NCBI GenBank assembly: GCA_963724715.1
Contig: CAVRVV010000009.1
Span: 2,060,578 to 2,124,577 of the forward strand
Length of the DNA: 64,000 nucleotides
DNA from: an uncultured Alphaproteobacteria bacterium
Lineage (GTDB): Bacteria > Pseudomonadota > Alphaproteobacteria > Rhizobiales > Xanthobacteraceae
Direction of reading: 5' to 3'
A program made the position numbers and the translations under genes. The notes under the pieces are model-generated. The model saw nothing but the letters and a program-made list of their open reading frames with translations, searched no databases and had not been told where the DNA came from. Shown piece after piece: positions 19,403-27,572 of this stretch (within the stretch, counting starts at the first letter, position 1; every line of letters begins with the position of its first letter).

Positions 19403-20089
19403 ATGTTCTATGAGCCGGACAAGGACGATCACGGCCTGCCGTTCAATCCCTATAAGTCGATCGTGGTGCCGCGGCCGATCGGCTGGGTCTCCACCATCAG
19501 CCGTGACGGCATCGTCAATCTGGCGCCGTTCAGCCAGTTCAACAATCTCGCCTACGATCCGCCTTACGTGATGTTCTCGGCGAACTCGTTTCCCGAGAGC
19601 GGCCGGCGCAAGGACAGCGTCAAGAACGCCACCGACACCGGCGAGTTCGTCATCAACATGGCGACCTATGCGTTGCGCGAGGCGGTCAACATCACCTCAC
19701 AATTCGTGCCGCCGGAGGTCGACGAAGCGGCACTGGCGGGCCTCGAAATGATCGGCTCGCGCATCGTCAAACCGCCGCGGGTCGCGGCGTCGCCGGTGCA
19801 TCTGGAGTGCAAATTCCATTCTTCGACCGCATTGCCGGCGCGCACGCTCGACGGCGTCCATCACGTCGTCATCGGCCGCGTCGTCGGCGTGCATATCCGC
19901 GACGACGCGCTCACGCCCGAGGGCAAGCTCGACGTGGTGAAAATCCGCCCGCTCGCGCGCCTCGGCTATCACGACTACACCAGCGTTGAGTCTTCGTTCA
20001 CCATGCGGCCGATCGGACCCTATGCGCAGGTGCGCGACGCCGGCCTCGAAGGCCGGCCGCTCCGTGCCCGCAAGACCGGCAGCGACTGA
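19403..20089 (+). CDS. flavin reductase family protein
   Basis: ORF 19343..20089 trimmed to the ATG at 19403. It reads PYKSIVVPRPIGWVSTISRDGIVNLAPFSQFN...SPVHLECK, typical of the flavin reductase-like FMN-binding domain. Confidence 0.85.
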   Translation: MFYEPDKDDHGLPFNPYKSIVVPRPIGWVSTISRDGIVNLAPFSQFNNLAYDPPYVMFSANSFPESGRRKDSVKNATDTGEFVINMATYALREAVNITSQFVPPEVDEAALAGLEMIGSRIVKPPRVAASPVHLECKFHSSTALPARTLDGVHHVVIGRVVGVHIRDDALTPEGKLDVVKIRPLARLGYHDYTSVESSFTMRPIGPYAQVRDAGLEGRPLRARKTGSD

Positions 20090-20179
20090 TCGATAGAATT
20101 TTAGCGATCCATTTCACGCCAAAATTATGAAATTGTGATCAGTTCGCCGCGGAAAATTCACTGCCGACGCAAGGATCCC

Positions 20180-20698
20180 ATGCAGCCGGTCGCCAGCCAG
20201 TTCACGCAGCAGCTCGAAGCGCTGAAGGTGCTCATCGTCGACGACGAGGCGACCATGCGCAAGGTGACGCGGTCACTGCTGCAAGTAATCGGCGTCCAGA
20301 CCATTTACGAGGCTAACGACGGCCGCAGCGGCCTCGAAGCCATTTGCCGCTGGGCGCCCGACGTGATCATTCTCGATTGGTCGATGCCGAGCCCCAACGG
20401 CCCGGAATTCGTGCGCCAGGTGCGCGCCCCCGGCCGCTTCCCCTATCCCGACGTGCCCATCATCATGCTGACCGCGCACGGCGACCGGTCGCGCGTGGTC
20501 GAGGCGGTGCGACTAGGCGTCAACGAATTTCTGCTCAAGCCGGTGTCCTCGACGGCGCTCTTGGCGCGGTTGGTCTCCATCATCGCCAAGCCGCGCGAGA
20601 TGGTGAAGAAGGGCGATAACTACGTCCCCGCGCCGCGCAAAATGTCGAGCTACAAACCGGAGACCGATCCGGCGCTCGACGACGTCGTATTCGTCTGA
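20180..20698 (+). CDS. single-domain response regulator (CheY-like receiver with a roughly 45-aa C-terminal tail) A
   Basis: ORF 20135..20698 trimmed to the ATG at 20180. It has the receiver acidic pocket (VLIVDDE), the phospho-acceptor context (VIILDWSMP) and LLKPVS. Confidence 0.85.
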   Translation: MQPVASQFTQQLEALKVLIVDDEATMRKVTRSLLQVIGVQTIYEANDGRSGLEAICRWAPDVIILDWSMPSPNGPEFVRQVRAPGRFPYPDVPIIMLTAHGDRSRVVEAVRLGVNEFLLKPVSSTALLARLVSIIAKPREMVKKGDNYVPAPRKMSSYKPETDPALDDVVFV

Positions 20699-20720
20699 TC
20701 CGTCGCCCGGCACCCAAACC

Positions 20721-21254
20721 ATGACCGCGAACCCGTCGAAGACACACATCGCCGATCAGATCCAGTCTCTGACAGTGCTGGTGGTCGACGACAATCAGTA
20801 CATGCGCAAGATGATCCGCAATTTGCTGGTCAATTGCGGCATCAAGGACATCTACGAGGCCAATGACGGCATCGCAGCCCTTGACGCCATCCGCAGCATC
20901 GGCCCCGACGTGGTGATCCTGGATTGGGAAATGCCGCTGTTGAGCGGCGCCGAGCTGGTGCGCATCGTCCGTTCGCCCGGCGTGTTTCCGATGCCCGACG
21001 TGCCGATCATCATGCTCAGTGGCCACGGCGAGCGTTGGCGCGTCGTCGAGGCGGTGCGGCTTGGCGTCCACGAATATCTGATCAAGCCGGTTTCGGCGAA
21101 GGCGCTGTACGACCGCCTGGTCTCGATCATGATGCAGCCGCGGCCGGTGGTGCAGCTCGGCGATTATTACGGCCCGGAGCCGCGCAAGCTGATGTCCGAC
21201 AGTCTCGACGATGCGCCCATCATCGAGACCCCGCCGCTTGCGATGGTCGATTGA
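20721..21254 (+). CDS. single-domain response regulator B (paralogue of A)
   Basis: 177-aa ORF with VLVVDDN, VVILDWEMP and LIKPVS. It shares the tail motif GD-Y-P-PRK with the upstream gene. Confidence 0.85.
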   Translation: MTANPSKTHIADQIQSLTVLVVDDNQYMRKMIRNLLVNCGIKDIYEANDGIAALDAIRSIGPDVVILDWEMPLLSGAELVRIVRSPGVFPMPDVPIIMLSGHGERWRVVEAVRLGVHEYLIKPVSAKALYDRLVSIMMQPRPVVQLGDYYGPEPRKLMSDSLDDAPIIETPPLAMVD

Positions 21255-21349
21255 TCGCCGCCGGGCCGAGCCGCCCGATCATTTCCAGTGAACGCGAAAA
21301 TGCTCTAGCCTGACGCGGCGCCGTCGAAACGCGCCGTTGCCGCCAGAGC

Positions 21350-22492
21350 ATGATGCCAACCGTCCGATCGAAACGTAGTTTTGCGCCGTGGGCGGATCCG
21401 ACCGGGCGCCCGCTGTTGCGCATCGAGGGTTTGAGCAAGCGCTTCGGCGGCAGTGCCGCAGTCGATAAGCTCTCGCTCGACGTCTATCAGGGCGAGTTCT
21501 TTGCGCTTCTCGGCCCCTCCGGTTGCGGCAAGACCACGCTGTTGCGCCTGATCGCCGGCTTCGAGCGACCGGATGAGGGCCGCATCCTGCTCGACGGCGT
21601 CGATCTTGCGGACGTGCCGCCCCACCGCCGCCCCGTCAACATGATGTTCCAGAACTACGCGCTGTTCCCGCACCTCAATGTCGAGGCCAATGTGGCGTTC
21701 GGCCTCAAGCAGGAGGGCCTGGCCAAAGCCGAGATCGCCCAGCGCGTCGCCGACATGCTGGCCATGGTGAAGCTGGACAGTTTTGGCCGGCGCAAGCCAC
21801 ATGAGCTGTCCGGCGGCGAGCGCCAGCGCGTCGCGCTGGCGCGCGCTTTGGTGAAGCGCCCGCGCGTGCTGCTGCTCGACGAGCCGCTGGCGGCGCTCGA
21901 CAAGAAGCTGCGCGACCAGACTCGTTTCGAGCTGATGGACTTGCAACGGAAGCTTGGACTCACCTTCGTCATCGTCACCCACGACCAGAGCGAAGCCATG
22001 ATCGTCGCCGACCGCATCGGCGTGATGGACCGCGGCTGGCTGCGGCAGGTCGCGCGGCCCGCGGAAATCTATGAGCAGCCGAATTCGCGCTGGGTCGCCG
22101 ACTTCGTCGGCGACGTCAATGTGTTCGAAGGCCGCGTCGGCGAAGACGGCTTGAGCGTCGAAGGCACGCCCGCCGGCACGCTGCGCGTCGCCGCGAAGAT
22201 CGATGCCAAGCCGGGCGCGACGGTTTGGCTCGCGGTGCGGCCGGAAAAGATGCGCGTCACGCTGGAGCCGCCAGCGCCGCCGCAACAGCCGCCCGAAAAC
22301 TGCGCTGCCGGCACGATTGTCGATATCGGTTATCTCGGCGAGCTGACGATCTACAAATTGCGCCTCGCCGACGGCGCGATCGTGACGGCAGCCATCGCCA
22401 ATACCGGCCACGCCGCCGAGCACCCGATCGATTGGGACGAACGCGCCTGGATGAGCTTTGCACCCGAATCCGCCATCGTGCTGACCAAATGA
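21350..22492 (+). CDS. potA: polyamine-type ABC transporter ATP-binding protein (PotA/PotG-like)
   Basis: Walker A GPSGCGKTT, signature LSGGERQRVALARAL, Walker B LLLDEPL, plus a C-terminal TOBE-like region. Confidence 0.85.
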   Translation: MMPTVRSKRSFAPWADPTGRPLLRIEGLSKRFGGSAAVDKLSLDVYQGEFFALLGPSGCGKTTLLRLIAGFERPDEGRILLDGVDLADVPPHRRPVNMMFQNYALFPHLNVEANVAFGLKQEGLAKAEIAQRVADMLAMVKLDSFGRRKPHELSGGERQRVALARALVKRPRVLLLDEPLAALDKKLRDQTRFELMDLQRKLGLTFVIVTHDQSEAMIVADRIGVMDRGWLRQVARPAEIYEQPNSRWVADFVGDVNVFEGRVGEDGLSVEGTPAGTLRVAAKIDAKPGATVWLAVRPEKMRVTLEPPAPPQQPPENCAAGTIVDIGYLGELTIYKLRLADGAIVTAAIANTGHAAEHPIDWDERAWMSFAPESAIVLTK

Positions 22493-23415
22493 AGTTTCGG
22501 CACACCCCCATGACCCCGAAACGATCCTTTGCGGAAAAGCTCGTCGTCAGGATTCCCTACGCCTGGCTCCTGGTGTTTTTTCTGGTGCCGTTCCTGATCG
22601 TGCTGCGGATCAGCCTGTCGCAGCCGGCGCTGGCGCAACCGCCCTACACGCCGCTGTTTAATATCCTGGCCGGCTGGCATGGCGTTACGGCGTTCTTCGG
22701 CGCGCTGTCGTTCGACAGCTACGCGCTCATCGGCTCCGACCCACTCTATCTTTTGTCCTTGGTGAAAAGCGTGGAGATCGCCGCGTTCTCGACGTTGCTC
22801 CTGCTCATCATCGGCTATCCGATCGCCTACGGCATCACGCGCACGCCGCGCCGCGTTCAGGCGGTGCTCATGACGCTGGTCATGCTGCCGTTTTGGACCG
22901 CGTTCCTGATCCGCATCTATGCCTGGATGAACATTTTGCAGCACGACGGGCCGCTCAATCAGTTGCTCCTGGCGCTGCATATCGTCAGCACGCCGCCGGT
23001 CTGGCTCTCGACCGATACCGCCATCTATATCGGCATCGTCTACTCTTATCTGCCGTTCATGGTGCTGCCGCTTTATGCGACGCTGGAAAAGCTGGACGAG
23101 ACGCTGCTCGAAGCGGCGGCCGATCTCGGCTGCCCGCGCAGCAAGATTTTCTGGGAGGTGACGCTGCCCTTGTCGGCACCGGGCGTGCTGGCCGGCGCGC
23201 TGCTGTGCTTCATCCCCGCGGTCGGCGAATTCGTCATTCCCGACCTGCTCGGCGGCTCGCAGGCGCCGATGATCGGGCAGACCATCTGGACGGAATTTTT
23301 CGGCAACAAGGATTGGCCGGCCGCCGCGGCCGTCGCCGTCGCGCTGGTGGGCCTGTTGGTGACGCCGATCGTCATCTTTCAGCACCAGACGATGCGCGCG
23401 GTGGAGCGAAGCTGA
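22489..23415 (+). CDS. potB: ABC transporter permease (PotB/PotH-like)
   Basis: ORF 22225..23415 trimmed to the ATG at 22489, which makes an ATGA overlap with the potA stop. It is multi-TM and has the EAA-type loop LLEAAADLGCPRSKIFWEVTLPL. Confidence 0.85.
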   Translation: MKFRHTPMTPKRSFAEKLVVRIPYAWLLVFFLVPFLIVLRISLSQPALAQPPYTPLFNILAGWHGVTAFFGALSFDSYALIGSDPLYLLSLVKSVEIAAFSTLLLLIIGYPIAYGITRTPRRVQAVLMTLVMLPFWTAFLIRIYAWMNILQHDGPLNQLLLALHIVSTPPVWLSTDTAIYIGIVYSYLPFMVLPLYATLEKLDETLLEAAADLGCPRSKIFWEVTLPLSAPGVLAGALLCFIPAVGEFVIPDLLGGSQAPMIGQTIWTEFFGNKDWPAAAAVAVALVGLLVTPIVIFQHQTMRAVERS

Positions 23416-23417
23416 CC

Positions 23418-24221
23418 ATGCGCAAAATCTCCGCATTCAATCTCGCCGCGATCGTGCTCGGCCTCGCCTTTCTTTATCTGCCGATCGTCATCCTGGTGAT
23501 CTACTCGTTCAACGCCTCGCGGCTGGTCGCGGTCTGGGGCGGCTGGTCGACCCGTTGGTATGCCGAGCTCATCAACGATGCGCCGCTGCTCGATTCCGCC
23601 TTCATCAGCGTACGCCTCGCGCTGATCTCGGCGACCGCGGCGACGATTTTTGGCACGCTCGCGGCAGTGGCATTGGTGCGTTTCGGCCGGTTCCGCGGCC
23701 GGCTGCTGTTTGCGTCGATGATCTATGCGCCGCTGGTCATGCCGGAGGTCATCACCGGCCTGTCCCTGCTGCTGTTGTTCGTGGCGGTCGCGATCGACCG
23801 CGGTTTTTGGACCGTTGCGATCGCGCATACCACCATGGCGATGTGTTTCGTCACCGTGATCGTGCAGGCGCGGCTCGGCGATTTCGACATGAACCTCGAA
23901 GAGGCCGCGATGGACCTCGGCGCCTCGCCGCTCGAGACGTTCCGCGCCGTGACCTTGCCGCTGATCCTGCCGGCCATCGCAGCCGGCTGGATGCTCGCCT
24001 TCGCGCTGTCGCTCGACGATCTGGTGATCGCAAGCTTCACCACCGGACCGGGCGCCACGACCTTGCCGATCCGCATCTATTCCGAGGTCCGCCTCGGCGT
24101 GAAGCCGGAGATGAACGCGGTCTGCAGCATCATGATCGGCGTCGTCGGCCTCGCAGTCATCGCCGCCTCGCTGCTGGCCAAGGTCAATGTGGTGAGAGCG
24201 GCACCGGCGCGGCCGCAATAA
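23418..24221 (+). CDS. potC: ABC transporter permease (PotC/PotI-like)
   Basis: ORF 22893..24221 trimmed to the ATG at 23418, 3 nt after the potB stop. The EAA loop reads LEEAAMDLGASPLETFRAVTLPL. Confidence 0.85.
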   Translation: MRKISAFNLAAIVLGLAFLYLPIVILVIYSFNASRLVAVWGGWSTRWYAELINDAPLLDSAFISVRLALISATAATIFGTLAAVALVRFGRFRGRLLFASMIYAPLVMPEVITGLSLLLLFVAVAIDRGFWTVAIAHTTMAMCFVTVIVQARLGDFDMNLEEAAMDLGASPLETFRAVTLPLILPAIAAGWMLAFALSLDDLVIASFTTGPGATTLPIRIYSEVRLGVKPEMNAVCSIMIGVVGLAVIAASLLAKVNVVRAAPARPQ

Positions 24222-24233
24222 AAAGCCGCTGGA

Positions 24234-24488
24234 TCAATCCCTGCTCTCGCCCGGCGGCCGGAACAAATAGAACAAGAACCACACCGGCACGATCACCAGC
24301 GAGCCGAGCAGCAGGTTGGGCAGCGCCCAGGCAAAACCTTCGCGCGCCAGTTCCTCGATGCGCTCGGGCGACAGACCCGCGGTCTTCATCAGTTCTGTGG
24401 TGGAAATGCCGAAATGCGCCAGGATCGTGCCGACGATCAGCGAAGCGACCAGCACTTTGACCAGAGTGCGAGTGAGGCGGTTGAGCAT
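24234..24488 (-). CDS. small membrane protein, function unknown
   Basis: 84-aa ORF with two predicted hydrophobic helices (VKVLVASLIVGTILAHF and LLLGSLVIVPVWFLFYLF). It is convergent with potC. Confidence 0.6.
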   Translation of the reverse strand: MLNRLTRTLVKVLVASLIVGTILAHFGISTTELMKTAGLSPERIEELAREGFAWALPNLLLGSLVIVPVWFLFYLFRPPGESRD

Positions 24489-24574
24489 CTTGCGCCCATC
24501 GCGGGCGGCAAACCCGCGCTGATTCGTGCGCGGGAATCATAAAGCATGATGTCGGAAAAAGCCTGCCCCGCGCG

Positions 24575-26512
24575 TTATTTGGGCGGCGAAGGAGCCGCGG
24601 CCGGCTCGGCGGCAGGCGCGGCCGGCGGCTGCGCCATCAGCTGGTCGATCACGGAACGGACGGCGTCGCCCGCGGTGCGGCCCTTCACGGCATCGAGCAA
24701 GGGCGCGGCCGCCCCCGAATGGCGGATCAGGCTCTGCGGGTCCGGCAGCATGATCGGGTCGTCCCAGCGGCCCTGCACCACGAACGGCAGCTCGAACTCG
24801 TTGGTGGTGGCGCTCGAGATCAGCGTCGCGGTGCCTTTGAGGTCGAGATCGCGCATCGGCACGGAGGCCTGGCCGCCGACCGCGAGCCGCACCGCCGGCC
24901 CGTCGATATGCATGTCCTGCACCGCCACCACGCCGTGGTCGATCGCCAGATTGAGCACCAACTGGTCGAACGGCGTACGGCCGGAGCGGAAATCGCCGTT
25001 GCCGGAGAGCGGCCGGCGCTCCAGCCGCCGCAGCAATTGCTCGACATTGAGGCCGACCAGCGCGCCGTTATGGGCGGTGAGGCTCGCCGTGCCGTTGAGC
25101 GTGTTGGTCATCGCCAGCACGGAATCGCCCGCGCCGTCGATATTGAGCATCAGGTTGCCGCGGCCGGCGACTTTCTGAATACCGAACACTTGGCCGAGGC
25201 AGCTTTCCAGATCGACGTCGACGAACTGCACGTGCGTCATTGCCTCGGCGCCGCCATTGGCGCTGGCGATGCCGACGGCGCCCTTCACGACCCCGCCGTA
25301 GGCTTGCGATTCACCAATCGTCACGTCGAGTTTGCCGTCGCGCATATTCGCCGCGACCGCGGTGCGGCCCAATTGCGCGGTGGCGATCTTGATGCTCGCC
25401 GCCGAGAGCCGCAGGTCGAGATTCAAATCGCCAAGGCCGTCCAGCGCGATCGGCAGTTGATCCCAATTGCGCTCGTTGGTGGCCAACAACCGCATGCCGG
25501 TGACATACGGCGTCAGATCCAGCGCATCGGCCGCCAGCGTGCCTTGGACCATGCGATGATCGCCGGCCGAGAGCGTCAGCACGCCCTCGGCGGTGTTGCC
25601 GTCGAGCTCGACATTGACATTGGCCAGCGAAATCACCCCGCCGCCGATCGTGCTCTGCGCCCGCAAGGCGAAACGGCCGAAACCGCCGAACGGCACTTTG
25701 CTCTTGCCGGTCCAGCGCAAGGCGTCGCGCAGCGACGGCGCATCGACACCCAATGTGCCCTCGAGCTTGAGCGTCGGCTGCGCGCTCGCCGCGCCGTCGA
25801 AGGCAAGCTTGAGCGGTGCGCCCGCGAGCCGCACCTTGACGCCGGAGCGCTGGCCGGACAGGGCGGCGAGAAAATCGGTGAGCGTGAGGCTCGCCTCGAC
25901 CGGTTCGCCATGCCAGACCAGATGGCCGTTGGCGCCGAAACTGCGCGATATCGACGGCCAAGCGATCTGGAATTCCACGTTATCGAGCCGCTCGATGTAA
26001 CCTTTCTCGGTGTCACGGACGACGATGGTGCCGTCGTTGATGCCGATTTCCGAAAACGACGCGGTGCGGCCGGGATTGGGCGCAAGCGCGCGCGCCAGCG
26101 TCTCCATCAGCCCGGACCAGTTCGATAGGCCATCGGGCATAAAGGTGACGGTGATCGTCGGCCGCACCAGCGTCACATCGGCGATTTCGATCCGCCCGGC
26201 CAGCAGCGGGAAATAGCGCAGCCGCGCGGTCAACTCATCGGTGACCACGGCCGGCTCGCCGGTGCGATCGTCGCCGAGCAGCACGTTGTGAAAGGTCACG
26301 GTTCCGGACGGGAACAACGACACCGAAACGTCGCCGCGCAGGATCGGATCGAGTCCGGTGACGGCCTGGATTTGTTTGGCGACCGCGTCGCGCACCACCG
26401 CGGCGGGCATGAGAAAAGACAGCGCAATCAGGGTGACGAACGCCACCGCGACCATGGCGGCAGCGGCGATGGCAAGGCGTTTCAAGCCGGTAGCCACGGG
26501 CAAAGGACGCAT
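24575..26512 (-). CDS. AsmA family outer-membrane biogenesis protein
   Basis: ORF 24575..26620 trimmed to the ATG at 26512. It has an N-terminal TM anchor followed by a long beta-rich repeat region with AsmA-type N-terminal (VRDAVAKQIQAVTG...LFPSGTVTFHNV) and C-terminal segments. Confidence 0.82.
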   Translation of the reverse strand: MRPLPVATGLKRLAIAAAAMVAVAFVTLIALSFLMPAAVVRDAVAKQIQAVTGLDPILRGDVSVSLFPSGTVTFHNVLLGDDRTGEPAVVTDELTARLRYFPLLAGRIEIADVTLVRPTITVTFMPDGLSNWSGLMETLARALAPNPGRTASFSEIGINDGTIVVRDTEKGYIERLDNVEFQIAWPSISRSFGANGHLVWHGEPVEASLTLTDFLAALSGQRSGVKVRLAGAPLKLAFDGAASAQPTLKLEGTLGVDAPSLRDALRWTGKSKVPFGGFGRFALRAQSTIGGGVISLANVNVELDGNTAEGVLTLSAGDHRMVQGTLAADALDLTPYVTGMRLLATNERNWDQLPIALDGLGDLNLDLRLSAASIKIATAQLGRTAVAANMRDGKLDVTIGESQAYGGVVKGAVGIASANGGAEAMTHVQFVDVDLESCLGQVFGIQKVAGRGNLMLNIDGAGDSVLAMTNTLNGTASLTAHNGALVGLNVEQLLRRLERRPLSGNGDFRSGRTPFDQLVLNLAIDHGVVAVQDMHIDGPAVRLAVGGQASVPMRDLDLKGTATLISSATTNEFELPFVVQGRWDDPIMLPDPQSLIRHSGAAAPLLDAVKGRTAGDAVRSVIDQLMAQPPAAPAAEPAAAPSPPK

Positions 26513-26690
26513 ATCCGATGTTGCAAGAACTGTAGAAATATACCGAGCGGCCGGTACGCTGCAAACGTGCTCGACATCTGTGTCGCTTTCGTGGCCGGCG
26601 CCGCCGCAAACCACTGCCAAATACTGGATTTAAAACAAAAAATGGCCGCGGCGCCAGATCGCTTGGTGTTGGCTCGGCTGCGGCGCGCGC

Positions 26691-27443
26691 CTAACGGGCG
26701 GCGGCCCGAAGGGGGCGAGGCTCATGCGCCTGCGCCACCTCGGCGATCATTTTTTTGATGATGGCCTGACCGAACGAGTTGAAGTTCTCGGCGACCATGA
26801 CGAAGGCGCTCGGGCCGCCGACCACGTTGTTGCGATAATAATTGGCGAGACCGCCCGGCGGATTGGTGTGGTCGGGATTCCACGACATCGGGTTGTCGCT
26901 GAGGATGACCAGCCCGTTGATGGTGATGCCTTTGGCCACGGCCTCGTCGCGCAGCATGGCGACGTCGCGGCCGGCATTGTTGGTGCCGTCGCCGGAGACG
27001 TCGATGGTGTGGCGCGCCGCCTCGTAGGGCGACTTGTCGAGCTGCCCCATGGCGAATTCGATGGCACCTGAGATCGAGGTGCGGTCGGCAAACGAGCGCG
27101 GCGCTTCCAAGAGGCGGTCGCCAAAACCTTTTGCCGAATCCGTATCCCCGATCGTGGTCCAGTCGATCACCACCTTCTGCGCGCCGACGCCGGACCATTC
27201 CACAAAGGTCAAGCCGATGCGGCCGGTGCGGCCGGTGTGGATGGCGTCAAGCACGTGCGGGTCGGCGACGGCGGCGGCGTAACCCTCGCGCTGCAGTTGG
27301 AATTTGGTGGCGTCGATGCTGCGCGATACGTCGACGGCCAGCACCAGAAGCAGGTCGACGTCTTCGGCGGCGCTCGCCGCCACGGGACCAAGCATCGCGC
27401 AACCGCGACGAGCGACGCCAGGAGAGCTTCTGATCGTGCGCAT
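26691..27443 (-). CDS. DUF1194 (vWA-like) domain protein
   Basis: ORF 26691..27449 with the ATG at 27443 preceded by GAGG. The MIDAS-like motif reads LVLAVDVSRSID..., with DVSGDGTNN. The N-terminal signal peptide looks scrambled (see findings). Confidence 0.78.
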   Translation of the reverse strand: MRTIRSSPGVARRGCAMLGPVAASAAEDVDLLLVLAVDVSRSIDATKFQLQREGYAAAVADPHVLDAIHTGRTGRIGLTFVEWSGVGAQKVVIDWTTIGDTDSAKGFGDRLLEAPRSFADRTSISGAIEFAMGQLDKSPYEAARHTIDVSGDGTNNAGRDVAMLRDEAVAKGITINGLVILSDNPMSWNPDHTNPPGGLANYYRNNVVGGPSAFVMVAENFNSFGQAIIKKMIAEVAQAHEPRPLRAAAR

Positions 27444-27572
27444 GATCACACCTCACCGAGCTTGCCGCCCGGCCGGGCGCAAGCCTCGACCAGGCAAGTC
27501 TAGCCGATTTCCGCGACGCGCGGTACCATGCGGATGACGGCCGGCGGTGGATAGCTTTCAGCCGCTTGCGGG

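Noticed and set aside
20090-20179. A CtrA or other cell-cycle box upstream of the tandem response regulators.
   Set aside because: The AT-richer spacer contains no TTAA-N7-TTAA arrangement or other recognisable palindrome.
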